Origin: Picochlorum sp. SENEW3
Taxonomy: Eukaryota
Direction of reading: 5' to 3'
Length of the DNA stretch: 64,000 bases
Assembly (NCBI GenBank): GCA_034226945.1
Contig: CP120457.1
Location: forward strand, 1,054,001-1,118,000
Of this stretch, positions 1 to 10,949 are shown one piece after another. Numbering within the stretch: the stretch's first letter is position 1; every line of letters begins with the position of its first letter. Both the position numbers and the translations under genes were made by a program. Below the pieces are notes generated by a model. That model made no database searches, had not been told where the DNA came from, and saw only the letters and a program-made list of their open reading frames with translations.

Positions 1-859
1 TCGAACATATCTATCCTGACTGCCAGTCGCCAGCATGAGCTTTTTGTCTGCCACATGAACAAAATCAACTCCCCGAATCCAATTCTGATGACCAGACAGA
101 ACGCATGCCAGCGTAAAGGAAGACAATGATCCTTTCTCATCCATATATAGCTTTACCAATCCATCCACATATCCCATCGCCACCAACACAATACCATGAT
201 CACGCGCACTGGGATGCGGCAGCATTCCAATGGCAGCACAATGAACCAACTTTGTCCCAAAAGACAGCCGCTGTGTCTCCTTACAAGACACCACATCATC
301 CACAATATCCACGCCATACACCACAGCATCTCCATCCCCGCCTCCACTCACTAACACAAAGCCACCATGCCCCATACACTCCACTGCAAGACACGTCACA
401 GGCCCACCATGCCCCTCCATCTTCAGGCACAACTCCCATCCACACTTCTCACGGACCTTCCAAACACAAATACACCCATCTCCTCCACCTGACACCAGAA
501 ATCGGCCATCAGTACCACGACGACCGTCAGGCAACCACACCACATTCGTCACCACATCCTCGTGACCCAACAGCGTCCCCTCTACCCTTCCATTCTGCAG
601 ATATCATGGTATATAGTAGTATTATATGCACATATATACGTCTGTAAATAAGATACCAGTCCCATCCCACCGCAACAGGGGGCATGTCATGCAGCCATGC
701 AGCAAAATTCAGACAGCAAGAATAGCAAGAAAAAGCTCGCACCTGAATATTATACAGCACAACTACCCTATGAGATCCAAATGCAACAATTCCTTCGTCA
801 TTCCATGTGATATTCCCAACGCATCGGTTGCAACCAGCACTTGTATATTCCAACTCCAT
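1..859 (-). CDS. ELP2: Elongator complex subunit 2 (WD40), 5' part; runs off the left edge; intron 595-742
   Basis: Exon 1 MELEYTSAGCNR...LYNIQ, GT at 742, AG at 595-596. Exon 2 reads NGRVEGTLLGHEDVVTNVVW...LSGHQNWIRGVDF...LATGSQDRYVR (WD40 repeats, ELP2-like N-terminal AGCNR motif). Confidence 0.85.
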
Positions 860-986
860 GGTTTGGTGATTCTCATTCTACAGTGGAATCAACAACAATG
901 CGGTAGTCCTAGGAATGATTTCCTATCCATAATCTCTGTTTCAAATAATAATCAAATCAATCACCATCTTCTGCGCAGAACACATT

Positions 987-1367
987 CTAGGAATTCCCAG
1001 GGGACGAGAGGGATCTCCAAAGAGGTTCGGTCGAGGGTGATGCTTGAAGGGCCGGAGTATCCAATGCCATATTCTCTCGGTCACTGGACATATTTGATGG
1101 GAACATAGCGAATAGAGAGAGATTGCTGTGCTGTCGGACACAGCCGTCCTCTTGTGGAACCGCTGCCCCCTGCAGTATCCCTCTTCCAAAGCACTTATTT
1201 GATTCACCAATTGGAAATTTTTTCACGTTCGGACGAGACAGCCTGCAGGTACGCGTGCAGTTGTGAATGGGTGCAGTGAACACGGAACGGGGCAGTCGTG
1301 TGATTGTTAGTTACCTGACAGCCTCGTTCACCCAATTGAATGGTTCAATATATTTTTCAATAGACAT
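987..1367 (-). CDS. Possible small orphan protein (102 aa), intron 1243-1314
   Basis: ATG 1367 MSIEKYIEPFNWVNEAVR; strong donor GTAACT and acceptor CTGCAG join in frame to ORF 987-1283; no recognisable domain. Confidence 0.35.
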
Positions 1368-1779
1368 GGGTCGCCGATTTGGGGGTGAGGGGTGGTATGC
1401 TGGGACGAAAGGTGGCTCCGAACATGGGCGTTGGAAGCATCAAGATGTGACGCCGATGCCTTGAGCGTGGCCTTTCTGGCATTGGGTTGGTTGCGAGTAT
1501 GGGGTGGCCATAGTATCTAATGGATATTTATTGAGTAAAATTGTACCTTGGTTGTGCAGTTACCCCTGTGTGCGGTGTAGACGTGTGAGTGTTGTGAGGA
1601 CGTGTTTCAGAGTCGGAGCTTGTCAGGTATCTTCGGTAGAGGAGGTTGATTTGAGTATTTTTGATCAGGATATCCTGGAATTAATCGATTGACGACACGA
1701 GTCGGCAGTGGTACGTGTTTCGGTGGAACGAACGACAGCGGCGTGAGGGCTTTTTATTTTTTTCCGAAGGACATCTCAT

Positions 1780-3102
1780 ATGAAGCATCAGGCGACGAAT
1801 CTGCCAGCGGGTTTCCCGAAAGGATTGCATGTTTTGGTTGTGGACGAAGAGCAGAATCTCCCCGGTATCGAGGCGCAGCTGCGGCAGCCAGAGTTGCAGT
1901 ACAATGTGACCTGTGCCTGTAATGCCATGGAGGCTCTGGAGTTGTTGCGATATGCTGGTAATGGGCAAGGAGGGCGGCATAATTACACGTCATCGTTGGC
2001 TAATTATACCTATGACATCATATTGGCGGATGCCAGGCTGGTCGCCATGGAAGACTCTACGGGAAAGGCATTTGTTGATGCCTGTGAAGAGCTTCCAGTT
2101 GTCTTGATGGCAGAGCATGGAAGTCCAAAGGATGTGATGAGATCCGTGCAGCTTGGTGCTGTGGATTTTTTGGACAAGCCTCTGTCCATGTTGAAATTGA
2201 AAACTATTTGGCAGCATGCTGTGAGGAAGATGATGAGGCAGAACTCCCTCTTGTCTTTCCGTGATGCAGCTACAAGACCATGTTACTCAGCTGTTGATGA
2301 ACTGGGTATACAACCCAGTTCTATCAGTGGATGCGTTCCAAGCTCCATGACGGCTCCAATTGTGCCCGGTGCGAGCACTGGGTATGTGTGCACTGGCATT
2401 GCAGGATATGCTGGTGCCTATGGAAGCGTCGGTAATCTGAATAGCTTGGCTGAGACAAAGCAAGGAAACCAAAAGCAGGCGTGGAGATCATCTGTCGATT
2501 CCCCTCAGACACCTTCCGGAAGTGACGTGGAATTGGCAGGTGAGAGTACAAGCGCGGCGAGTGCACATAATAATACGCAGCCTGGACAGACATCCAGAGA
2601 CGTCTGCGTCCAAAGTGCAAATGGCCAGACCGACCAGGGAGGAGCTGCCATCAAATCGTCTGGAGGTGCATCTCGCACCAAGCGCTATGTGAAGAGACAG
2701 TCATCCCCCCAATTGCCACCCATGGCGTGCAAGCAAGGTAATGCGCCTGCATGCTTACCTTTGGGCGTGTCTGAATGGCCTCCCCTCGAACCTGGATGCA
2801 CCTGGGGAACGCCAGTGGGAGGGTCAGTTTTACCACCACCGCTTACGGTTAGCTACTCTGTAGCACCAAAGCCGTGCATGCTCGAGGCTGGTGTGACTCC
2901 ACAAAAATACCTGATGAAATCGAGCGTGTCGAGTCAGTCCCAAGGTCAGAGTGGAAGTCAGGGTCTGGATGGTGAGATTGTCTCGGGAGAGTTCTTCAAG
3001 AGCTCGAACAAGGCGCAATGCCCTGGCCCTATCGGATTGAAACTGAAGAAGAGTGACAGTCTGTTGGACTTGATCAACTCCACTCTCACCAAGGCGCATT
3101 AG
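1780..3102 (+). CDS. Response-regulator receiver-domain protein (APRR2/type-B-like N-terminus, no evident Myb/CCT output domain)
   Basis: FPKGLHVLVVD, DIILAD (phosphoacceptor Asp), GAVDFLDKPL, LKTIWQH; low-complexity middle; C-terminal PIGLKLKKSDSLLDLI. Confidence 0.8.
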   Translation: MKHQATNLPAGFPKGLHVLVVDEEQNLPGIEAQLRQPELQYNVTCACNAMEALELLRYAGNGQGGRHNYTSSLANYTYDIILADARLVAMEDSTGKAFVDACEELPVVLMAEHGSPKDVMRSVQLGAVDFLDKPLSMLKLKTIWQHAVRKMMRQNSLLSFRDAATRPCYSAVDELGIQPSSISGCVPSSMTAPIVPGASTGYVCTGIAGYAGAYGSVGNLNSLAETKQGNQKQAWRSSVDSPQTPSGSDVELAGESTSAASAHNNTQPGQTSRDVCVQSANGQTDQGGAAIKSSGGASRTKRYVKRQSSPQLPPMACKQGNAPACLPLGVSEWPPLEPGCTWGTPVGGSVLPPPLTVSYSVAPKPCMLEAGVTPQKYLMKSSVSSQSQGQSGSQGLDGEIVSGEFFKSSNKAQCPGPIGLKLKKSDSLLDLINSTLTKAH

Positions 3103-3562
3103 CTTCTTGTGCTTGTATGGCACAGCCAGTTGAAATGGATCTTACACCTACTTCAGGAGAGGGCCAGAGGAATGCACATTGGTTCTGTATGCATGTCTCT
3201 GAGCTCCTTTTTGTTCTTTTCCAACAGTGGTTTCCGATGCAGGAGTTTTAGGCCATTTGTTTTTTCCCACACAGCATATCAGCAAATACTTTTTTTTCCA
3301 CAAGAGGCGCTATTGCTGGACCTTTTCCTTTTCCCAATTCAGGGCAATCCTGAAATTGATGTCCCTTTTCTCTCTGTTGTGAGAGCTCCTCATGACATCA
3401 ATTTTGAAGCCACGCACTCGCTGCTGTGGCTGTAATTCATGAAATTTCATACTTTTATTCATGAGCAACACGAACCATTGCCAAGAAATGCAGTTTTAGT
3501 GTTTTTTGTTTTTTTTAGCGAATGAACATGTAATGAACATAATTACACGTGAAATTTCATTT

Positions 3563-6022
3563 TCAAAGTTCATCATGGCCTGCTTGTTCCTCAGCCTGCT
3601 TGATCAAATCCTCAATCTCTTCAGCAGACTTGTCTTCACCTGCACTCTCTTTCTTTTCCTCCTTCTTTTCTTCCTTGATTTCTGGGTAGTCAATCTCTTC
3701 GCCAGGACTGAGGTCAGAGACCTTCATGTCCTCTCCAAGGAGGGACAAGATTCTGGCATTGTGAGATTTGACATCATCCAAAATGTACCCAGACTCCATC
3801 AAACAGGATTCGTAGAGGAGCTTGGCATTGGCAATTAAATTTTCATCTTCTGGGTTTTCCTCCCATTGTTTTCTGATTTCTTTGATCAAAGGATGCCTTG
3901 GATTGACCTCAAGAATTCTCTGGCTCTTCATGATGTTTGCCTTGTCTGAATCTCCGAGAGCCTGGACGCGTGCAATCCTCTCCATGGTGGCCGACCACCC
4001 ATACTTGCCCGAAACGACAACACATGGTGCACTGGACAAGCGCCTAGATACTCTAACTGAAGAAATATCCTTCACATTCTTCTTCCACCAAGAGCCAAGA
4101 CCCTTAAAGTATGCTGATGCACGCTTGTTCTTCTCCTTCTCCTCCTTTTGGTCATTCTCTGGGAGCTTCAGATCATCCTTGGAAACGTTGATCAGCGTTT
4201 TACCTTCATACTCTGTGACATGACTCGTCACATACTCGTCCAATGGGTCGGTGAAGAAGATCACTTCGTATCCCTTTGACACAAGCATTTCGACAAAAGG
4301 AGAGCGCTTGAGCTCATCTGTTCCAGACGTTCCAACAAGGTAGTAAATACCGGTCTGGTTTTCTTTCATTCTAGACACGTATTCATCCAAGGTTGTGACA
4401 TTGCCATCGGTGGCAGACGTCTCAAAGCGCAAGAGACTCAAAAGGCGCCTTCTATTCGACTGATCCTCAATCAATCCCATTTTCACAGCCTTGCCATACG
4501 ACTTCCAGAACTTGTCATACTTGGAGGTAGCCTCCTCCTTTGCTTTTTCGATGGCACTTTCTTTCTCACCCTCTTCCGGAGCTGGCTTGCCAGTGAGCTT
4601 GGAAAGCCATTCATCCTCAGATTCGTCCTCCTCTGGACCCTTGCGAGCCCTCACATCTGCATCACTGAGTTTCTTCATCATCTCAATGGCCTTGCGCACA
4701 ATCTTCTTACGAATCACTTTCAGTCCTTCGCTCATCTGCAGCATTTCTCTGGAAACATTCAAAGGCAGAGAGTCAGAGTCCACAATGCCCACCAGGAAGG
4801 AGAGCCATTTTGGAAGCAAATCCTCGAACGAATCAGAGATGAACACACGTCTCACGTAGAGCTTCAAACTTGCTTTCTTGCTCTGGAAATTCTCATAAAA
4901 ATCAGCCGCCAGACTTGATGGAAGATAGAGAACAGACTTGAAATCCACATCTCCCTCGGCACTGAAATGGGAATGGGCCAGAGGAGAGTCATATGGGTTC
5001 TTGCTCAAAACCTTGTAGAACCCGTCATGCTCCTCATCCGTCACATTAGATGGAGGCCTCAGCCACAAAGCCTTTGCGTCGTTCAACACCTCCCAATCCT
5101 GGACGGTTTCAGTCACAGTCTTGGTCTTTGGCTTGTCCTCTTCAACCTCCTCCTCTTCCACATCTACACCATCAGATGACGCTGTCTCGTCTTTCTTCTT
5201 GTCCTCCATATCAGCATCGATATCATCCACTTCCACCTCTTTTTCGATCGTCTTCTCAGTCCAGAGAGAGATTGGGAAGTTGATGAATTCAGAGTAGGTC
5301 TTCACAAGCTCTTTAATCTTGGACTCCTCCAAGTATTCTGAGGCATCCTCTTTCACGTGAATTCGGATCTCTGTACCCCTACCCAATTTTTCTCCCTCAG
5401 TGTCAGCACTGATTGCGTACTTTCCAGATGCAGAAGACTCCCACACCCACTGTGTGTCATCAGAAGCATGTTTGGTCACCACCTCCACATAATCCGCAAC
5501 CAAGTACACAGAGTAGAAACCGACACCAAACTGACCAATCAGGTTCAAATCACCTCCCTTCTGCATCTGCTCCAAAAATGCCGCAGTCCCAGACTTGGCG
5601 ATCGTACCCAGGTTCTGAACCAGGTCCTCCTTTGTCATGCCGATTCCTGTATCCCGAATGGTCAACAGGTGGTTCTCCTTATCAACCTTCATTTTGATCT
5701 CAAAAGGAAGCTGCTGCGTCTCTGCATCACTGCCAATGGCAGAAATGTTGGTCAAAGATACGAAACGTGCCTTGTCCAGGGCATCAGCTGAATTGGACAC
5801 CAACTCCCTCAGGAAAATATCCTTGTTCGAATACAAGCTGTGCACAATGATATCCATCAACCTGGATACCTCGGCCTGGAACTCCCTCGTCTCCGCCCCT
5901 TTCCTAAACTCCCTCACCGGCTCCTCATTCACAGGAGCCTCGTCCTCCCCCCTGATGCATGTCGTCGTCAGGCAGAACAAGACTGCCACCAACCACAAAG
6001 TCGTTCTTCTAGAAACACCCAT
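3563..6022 (-). CDS. HSP90B: Endoplasmin / GRP94 (ER HSP90)
   Basis: Signal peptide, FQAEV, YSNKDIFLRELVSNSADALDK, IGQFGVGFYS, C-terminal HDEL; first ATG at 6022. Confidence 0.97.
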   Translation of the reverse strand: MGVSRRTTLWLVAVLFCLTTTCIRGEDEAPVNEEPVREFRKGAETREFQAEVSRLMDIIVHSLYSNKDIFLRELVSNSADALDKARFVSLTNISAIGSDAETQQLPFEIKMKVDKENHLLTIRDTGIGMTKEDLVQNLGTIAKSGTAAFLEQMQKGGDLNLIGQFGVGFYSVYLVADYVEVVTKHASDDTQWVWESSASGKYAISADTEGEKLGRGTEIRIHVKEDASEYLEESKIKELVKTYSEFINFPISLWTEKTIEKEVEVDDIDADMEDKKKDETASSDGVDVEEEEVEEDKPKTKTVTETVQDWEVLNDAKALWLRPPSNVTDEEHDGFYKVLSKNPYDSPLAHSHFSAEGDVDFKSVLYLPSSLAADFYENFQSKKASLKLYVRRVFISDSFEDLLPKWLSFLVGIVDSDSLPLNVSREMLQMSEGLKVIRKKIVRKAIEMMKKLSDADVRARKGPEEDESEDEWLSKLTGKPAPEEGEKESAIEKAKEEATSKYDKFWKSYGKAVKMGLIEDQSNRRRLLSLLRFETSATDGNVTTLDEYVSRMKENQTGIYYLVGTSGTDELKRSPFVEMLVSKGYEVIFFTDPLDEYVTSHVTEYEGKTLINVSKDDLKLPENDQKEEKEKNKRASAYFKGLGSWWKKNVKDISSVRVSRRLSSAPCVVVSGKYGWSATMERIARVQALGDSDKANIMKSQRILEVNPRHPLIKEIRKQWEENPEDENLIANAKLLYESCLMESGYILDDVKSHNARILSLLGEDMKVSDLSPGEEIDYPEIKEEKKEEKKESAGEDKSAEEIEDLIKQAEEQAGHDEL

Positions 6023-6123
6023 TCCTACCACTCGCCTCTATACAATTCTTCTCACTTGTGTATCAACAGCAAAAAAGTGTAGCACACAAAGCCAATGTCT
6101 CGAGAATGTACGGACAGATCACC

Positions 6124-6142
6124 CAAATCGAATCAGTCCACG
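6124..6142 (+). promoter_or_regulatory. ERSE-like element CAAAT-N9-CCACG in the GRP94/BiP divergent promoter; palindromic CCACGTGG box also at 6420-6427
   Basis: One mismatch to the ERSE consensus CCAAT-N9-CCACG with exact spacing, lying between two UPR chaperone genes. Confidence 0.45.
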
Positions 6143-6514
6143 GACAAACGAACGAATCCTTCTCGTCGCACTCACAATCTCACAATGGACGAATGATGAG
6201 AAGTCTTCTTTTAATAAGAATACTGAAATAAAATGCCTCTGCAGAATTTTTCAATCTCCACATCTGCCTGGCCATCATGCAGACTTTCTTTTCTCGATGA
6301 CTCGGTCATTTTCTGACTTTCTTGAATGACTCACGCGCGCGTCCTTTGTCCATGTGTACCATCCAATAGAGCCTTGGATGGGCAAATGAGGGATTGACGA
6401 TGGCGACGACTTTCTCATCCCACGTGGTGGTTGGTGCCAGTCTGAACAAATAGACGCGTCACACTCAGTCACACCTACATTCAATACAAGTAAATTGTGT
6501 TTAGAAAAGGAAAA

Positions 6515-8626
6515 ATGCGTGGATTCACGGCATTGTTTTTGCTAGGTACGTGAATAATGCCAGCCAATCTGATGTTGATCAGGTTGGTCAATGCACCTTG
6601 AGACAGTCTGTCATTGAGTCTCATTCCCATACCAACGACTATTATATGCATTGCAGTGACTGTTCTTTTGGGCTTTGGCTCTCAACAGGGACAGTATGCA
6701 ATTGGTGTTCATGGAGCTGCCGATCAGGATGGGAAAGACGGCGATAAGTTGGGTACTGTGATTGGAATCGATCTTGGAACGACCTATTCTTGTGTTGGAG
6801 TGTATAAGAATGGTAAAGTCGAGATCATTGCCAACGATCAGGGAAATAGAATCACTCCCTCGTACGTGGCGTTTACTGACTCTGAGCGTTTGATTGGAGA
6901 CGCTGCAAAGAATCAGGCCACGTCCAACCCAACTAGAACTGTGTATGATGTGAAGAGATTGATTGGAAGGAACTTCAAGGATGCAGAGGTGCAGAAGGAC
7001 AAGGATTTGGTGTCTTACAAGATTGTGGACAACAAGTCAAAGCCCTATGTTAGGGTGGACGTGAACAAGGAGGACAAGACATTTTCGCCCGAGGAGATTT
7101 CTGCCATGGTGTTGACAAAGATGAAGGAGACTGCCGAAGCGTATCTGGGTAAGGAAGTCAAGCATGCTGTGGTGACTGTGCCAGCATACTTTAATGATGC
7201 ACAGAGACAGGCCACCAAGGATGCAGGTACTATTGCTGGTTTGAACGTGGTGCGTATTATCAACGAGCCTACTGCGGCTGCAATTGCCTATGGTTTGGAC
7301 AAGAAGGGTAAGGAGCAGAATATCTTGGTGTTCGATCTCGGAGGTGGTACATTCGATGTGTCCATTTTGACCATTGACTCTGGAGTCTTTGAGGTGGTGT
7401 CCACTGCTGGAGATACCCACTTGGGAGGAGAGGACTTTGACCAACGTATCATGGAGTACTTCATCAAGCTGATCAAGAGGAAGTACAGTAAGGATATCAG
7501 CAAGGACGCAAAGGGCTTGCAGAAGTTGAGACGCGAGGCTGAACGTGCCAAGAGGGCTCTGTCTTCTCAGCACCAGGTCCGTGTGGAGATTGAGTCACTC
7601 ATTGATGGAGAAGACTTCAGTGAGCCATTGACAAGGGCAAGATTCGAGGAGTTGAATGCTGATTTGTTCAAGAAAACCCTTGGACCAGTGAAGAGAGCTC
7701 TTGAGGATGCCAGCATGAAGAAGGATGATATCCATGAAATTGTCTTGGTCGGAGGATCCACTCGTATTCCAAAGGTGCAGCAGCTCATCAAAGATTACTT
7801 CAACGGAAAGGAACCAAACAAAGGTGTCAATCCAGATGAGGCTGTCGCATACGGAGCAGCTGTCCAGGGAGGAATCCTTGGAGGAGATGGAGGTGATGAT
7901 GTGAAGGACATTCTCTTGCTCGATGTGTGCCCATTGTCCATGGGAATTGAGACTGTCGGAGGGGTGATGACCAAATTGATTCCACGTAACACGGTCATTC
8001 CAACCAAGAAGTCTCAGGTCTTCTCCACGTACCAGGACAATCAGCAGACTGTCGGAATTCAGGTGTATGAGGGAGAGCGTGCCATGACCAAGGACAATCA
8101 CAAATTGGGACACTTTGACCTGAACGGCATTCCACCAGCTCCTCGTGGACAGCCACAGATCGAGGTCACTTTTGAAATCGATGCCAATGGAATCTTGAAC
8201 GTCCAGGCCGTCGAGAAGGGAAGTGGCAAGAGTGAGAAGATCACCATCACCAATGACAAGGGTAGACTGAGCCAGGAAGAAATCGATCGAATGGTCGAGG
8301 AAGCTGAAGAATTTGCCGAGCAGGATAAGAATGTCAAGGCCAAGGTGGATGCTCGTAACAACCTTGAGACATTCTGCTATTCCACGAAGAACCAGCTGAA
8401 TGACAAATTGGGTGAGAAACTTAGCGATTCGGACAAGAAGACCGTGGAGGCTGCACTGGAAGAAGGCCTGGAATGGCTTGATGCCAATGCTGATGCAGAG
8501 AAGGAAGAGTACGAGGAGAAACTCAAGGAAATTCAGGACACATGCCAGCCAATCCTGGCCAAGGCCATGGCCGAGTCTGGTGCCGGTGGTGATGACGAGG
8601 ATCTTGGCGGACATGACGAGTTGTAA
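6515..8626 (+). CDS. BIP: BiP / ER HSP70; intron 6546-6656
   Basis: Exon 1 [10 protein letters not shown] spliced to VTVLLG gives a signal peptide; [36 protein letters not shown]. Confidence 0.97.
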
Positions 8627-8652
8627 ATTCAAAGAAATTTTAATAATTGTGC

Positions 8653-9675
8653 ATGATTTTGTGTAATACAGTACCCCTCAAATCGAGTGTGGTGGGGGCC
8701 TACGCTGTTGGGCAATCTCTGACCAAGGCCTCTCACGGAAACCCACGCGAGCATGCCAGGCTGTCATTGAAATGCGCAGCATTTTCATCTGATCCGTCAC
8801 CAGTCGCTCGGAGAGTGGTTTTGGTTTCACTCGCCTTACTGCAACTCAGTAGTCCAGATGCCAATGCTGCTGCTGCTTCTCTTGAAGACGTGGAACCCCC
8901 CAAGATTGATCTGTCCTTGGCACCCGACCAAGCACAGTATGACAAGTATGACCCTGAGCTCAGACGGGCTGCAAACATGATTCAAGAGGGCCTGAATGCA
9001 GAAACGGTTGAGGAAGAGGAGAGGGTGTGGACAAGAATTATCGATGAATTCTCAACCAGCAAAGCGAATTGGAGGGATGATGTCGTTGGAAGAGCCCTTG
9101 GGAACCGAGGTAATGCTCGATCGAGGCAAGGAAAATTTAGATTCGCTTTAGAAGACTACAACGAGTCTATTGCAACCTGCCCATGGTCAGTTGACCCTGT
9201 GCTCAATCGAGGCGTACTGCTCGAAAATCTAGGGCGTTTCGATGAAGCGAAGCGGGATTATAGAGCAGTCATTTCTGTAGATCCATTAGATCCTGCAGGT
9301 TGGAATAACCTGGGGAATGCATGTGCTGGGGCAGGGGAATTTGAAGAGGCGGTGAAGTACTATGAACGTGCAACTCGCCTAGCACCAAAGTTCTCCTTTG
9401 CTGCAGCAAATAGGGCCCTAAGCACGTACCAAATCGGACGCGACTCGGAAGCACTTAAAGAAATGGAGTCGCTGGTGAGACGGTATCCCGATTTTAGCGA
9501 TATACGGGCAGCCTTGGCAGCAGCATACTGGGCAAGTGGTAAGCAAGCAGCTGCTGAGGAGGCTTTCCAGCGCGTTGATGATATTCGATACAGAGACGTC
9601 AATTGGCTTCGTTTAGAACGCCGATGGCCTCCCCGTTTGGTCAAAGAAATGGAGTCATTTTTGAAATTGCAATAG
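8653..9675 (+). CDS. Plastid (probably thylakoid-lumen) TPR protein of cyanobacterial type
   Basis: Transit-like N-terminus plus RR-hydrophobic-ANA signal; TPRs GNRGNA, LNRGVLLE, WNNLGNA; C-terminal RYRDVNWLRLERRWPP. Confidence 0.8.
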   Translation: MILCNTVPLKSSVVGAYAVGQSLTKASHGNPREHARLSLKCAAFSSDPSPVARRVVLVSLALLQLSSPDANAAAASLEDVEPPKIDLSLAPDQAQYDKYDPELRRAANMIQEGLNAETVEEEERVWTRIIDEFSTSKANWRDDVVGRALGNRGNARSRQGKFRFALEDYNESIATCPWSVDPVLNRGVLLENLGRFDEAKRDYRAVISVDPLDPAGWNNLGNACAGAGEFEEAVKYYERATRLAPKFSFAAANRALSTYQIGRDSEALKEMESLVRRYPDFSDIRAALAAAYWASGKQAAAEEAFQRVDDIRYRDVNWLRLERRWPPRLVKEMESFLKLQ

Positions 9676-9686
9676 TCAATAAGAAA

Positions 9687-10718
9687 TCACAGTGGCGAAG
9701 AGAAAAGGTTTGGACACGGCTTATCCAGCCCCATCATCCTCATGACACCCATATCATCAAATATCTGAAAGAACGCATCATGAAAATCTAACGAGGCGCG
9801 ATGGCAGTCTTCCGAGAGGTGAACGTCTGTTTTGGCATGGGATGGGGCTTTGATCATCATGAAGGGAACAGTAAAGGGATTCGGTGTCTGAATGCCCTTC
9901 TCCTGTGCCACCAACAGAAGAGGCAACGGAGCATCTTGATTCCGAAGAATAAGATTTGACAAACAGAATAATTTAGTTGCCGATTCAGCAGTCGATGTCA
10001 ATTGCCCCTGCACCTGTTCTACAAGCTCATCTCGTTTCAAACGCAATCTCTCTAAGTTTGATCTTGCAGCAATTCTTTTATCGTTCCGTTCGGTGGGCCA
10101 GCCCACCCACCGTATAGATTTTGAAGATTCTTTATGAACCACCCCAATCGCATCCAACACATTCAACGCATCGTACACGCGCCTTCTCACATTCTTCTCT
10201 TCCGGTGGCACATCCAACACGCCCGCTTGATATTCCTGCTGCAGTTCCTCCACCAGCGCGTCTGCGATCTCATTATATGTCACGCAGCGACGAGTCTCGA
10301 TTATTTCGCACAATCGCACGGTGAAATGCTTCAAACCGGTTTGACTTGCTGCTCCCGCAGCAGCAGCTGTAGGACTGGTCGAAGGCTTTGCTGCCACGTC
10401 TTCACCCATACTTCCATCTCTCGGGCCATCCTGCCCTCGGAATCCCTTGACAACCTCCAATTCGGACTGAACTTTTGGTACGTCGTCGTACACCTTGGAT
10501 GCCAGTTCGAGACCCTTGGAGACAGACGCATCCCCGTCTGCCAGCCTGGACTCGGTAATTCCAAATTGATCGTACACCCGTTGCACGAGCTCTGTATCTA
10601 GTCCAATAGGAAGTGCTGTTTTATCCTGAAATTGCATCGTAACTTGAAAAGTACCCCCCTCTTGGTTATTACGGATGGCGTCAGTCAAACCTCCTCCCGC
10701 GCAAGAAGTGTGTTCCAT
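9687..10718 (-). CDS. DP: DP (E2F dimerisation partner) transcription factor
   Basis: GLKHFTVRLCE, TYNEIADALV, KNVRRRVYDALNVLDAIGV, IRWVGWP. Confidence 0.9.
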   Translation of the reverse strand: MEHTSCAGGGLTDAIRNNQEGGTFQVTMQFQDKTALPIGLDTELVQRVYDQFGITESRLADGDASVSKGLELASKVYDDVPKVQSELEVVKGFRGQDGPRDGSMGEDVAAKPSTSPTAAAAGAASQTGLKHFTVRLCEIIETRRCVTYNEIADALVEELQQEYQAGVLDVPPEEKNVRRRVYDALNVLDAIGVVHKESSKSIRWVGWPTERNDKRIAARSNLERLRLKRDELVEQVQGQLTSTAESATKLFCLSNLILRNQDAPLPLLLVAQEKGIQTPNPFTVPFMMIKAPSHAKTDVHLSEDCHRASLDFHDAFFQIFDDMGVMRMMGLDKPCPNLFSSPL

Positions 10719-10949
10719 GCTCCGTCAGATCTACCCTTCTCTGGAATACTATCTGAGCAATAAATTGTTCTGCTTTTGCATAGAGTCCAATTTCTGTATC
10801 GAATCGAGAGTATCACTGTAGGGCCGCTCTCCGTAATAAAAAAGCACGAAACGCTTGTCGTAATTGGATATATTATAAAAACGGTTGATCTCCTTTAGGA
10901 CAAGGGTACCTCTGCCAGCCTCTTGTCATCATGACAACAAACAAATAAT

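Noticed and set aside
126..647. His/Pro-rich 173-aa plus-strand ORF
   Set aside because: Mirror of the ELP2 exon on the minus strand
7595..8632. 345-aa antisense ORF over BiP (also those over GRP94, PDI and GAD)
   Set aside because: Antisense shadows caused by codon bias in highly expressed genes
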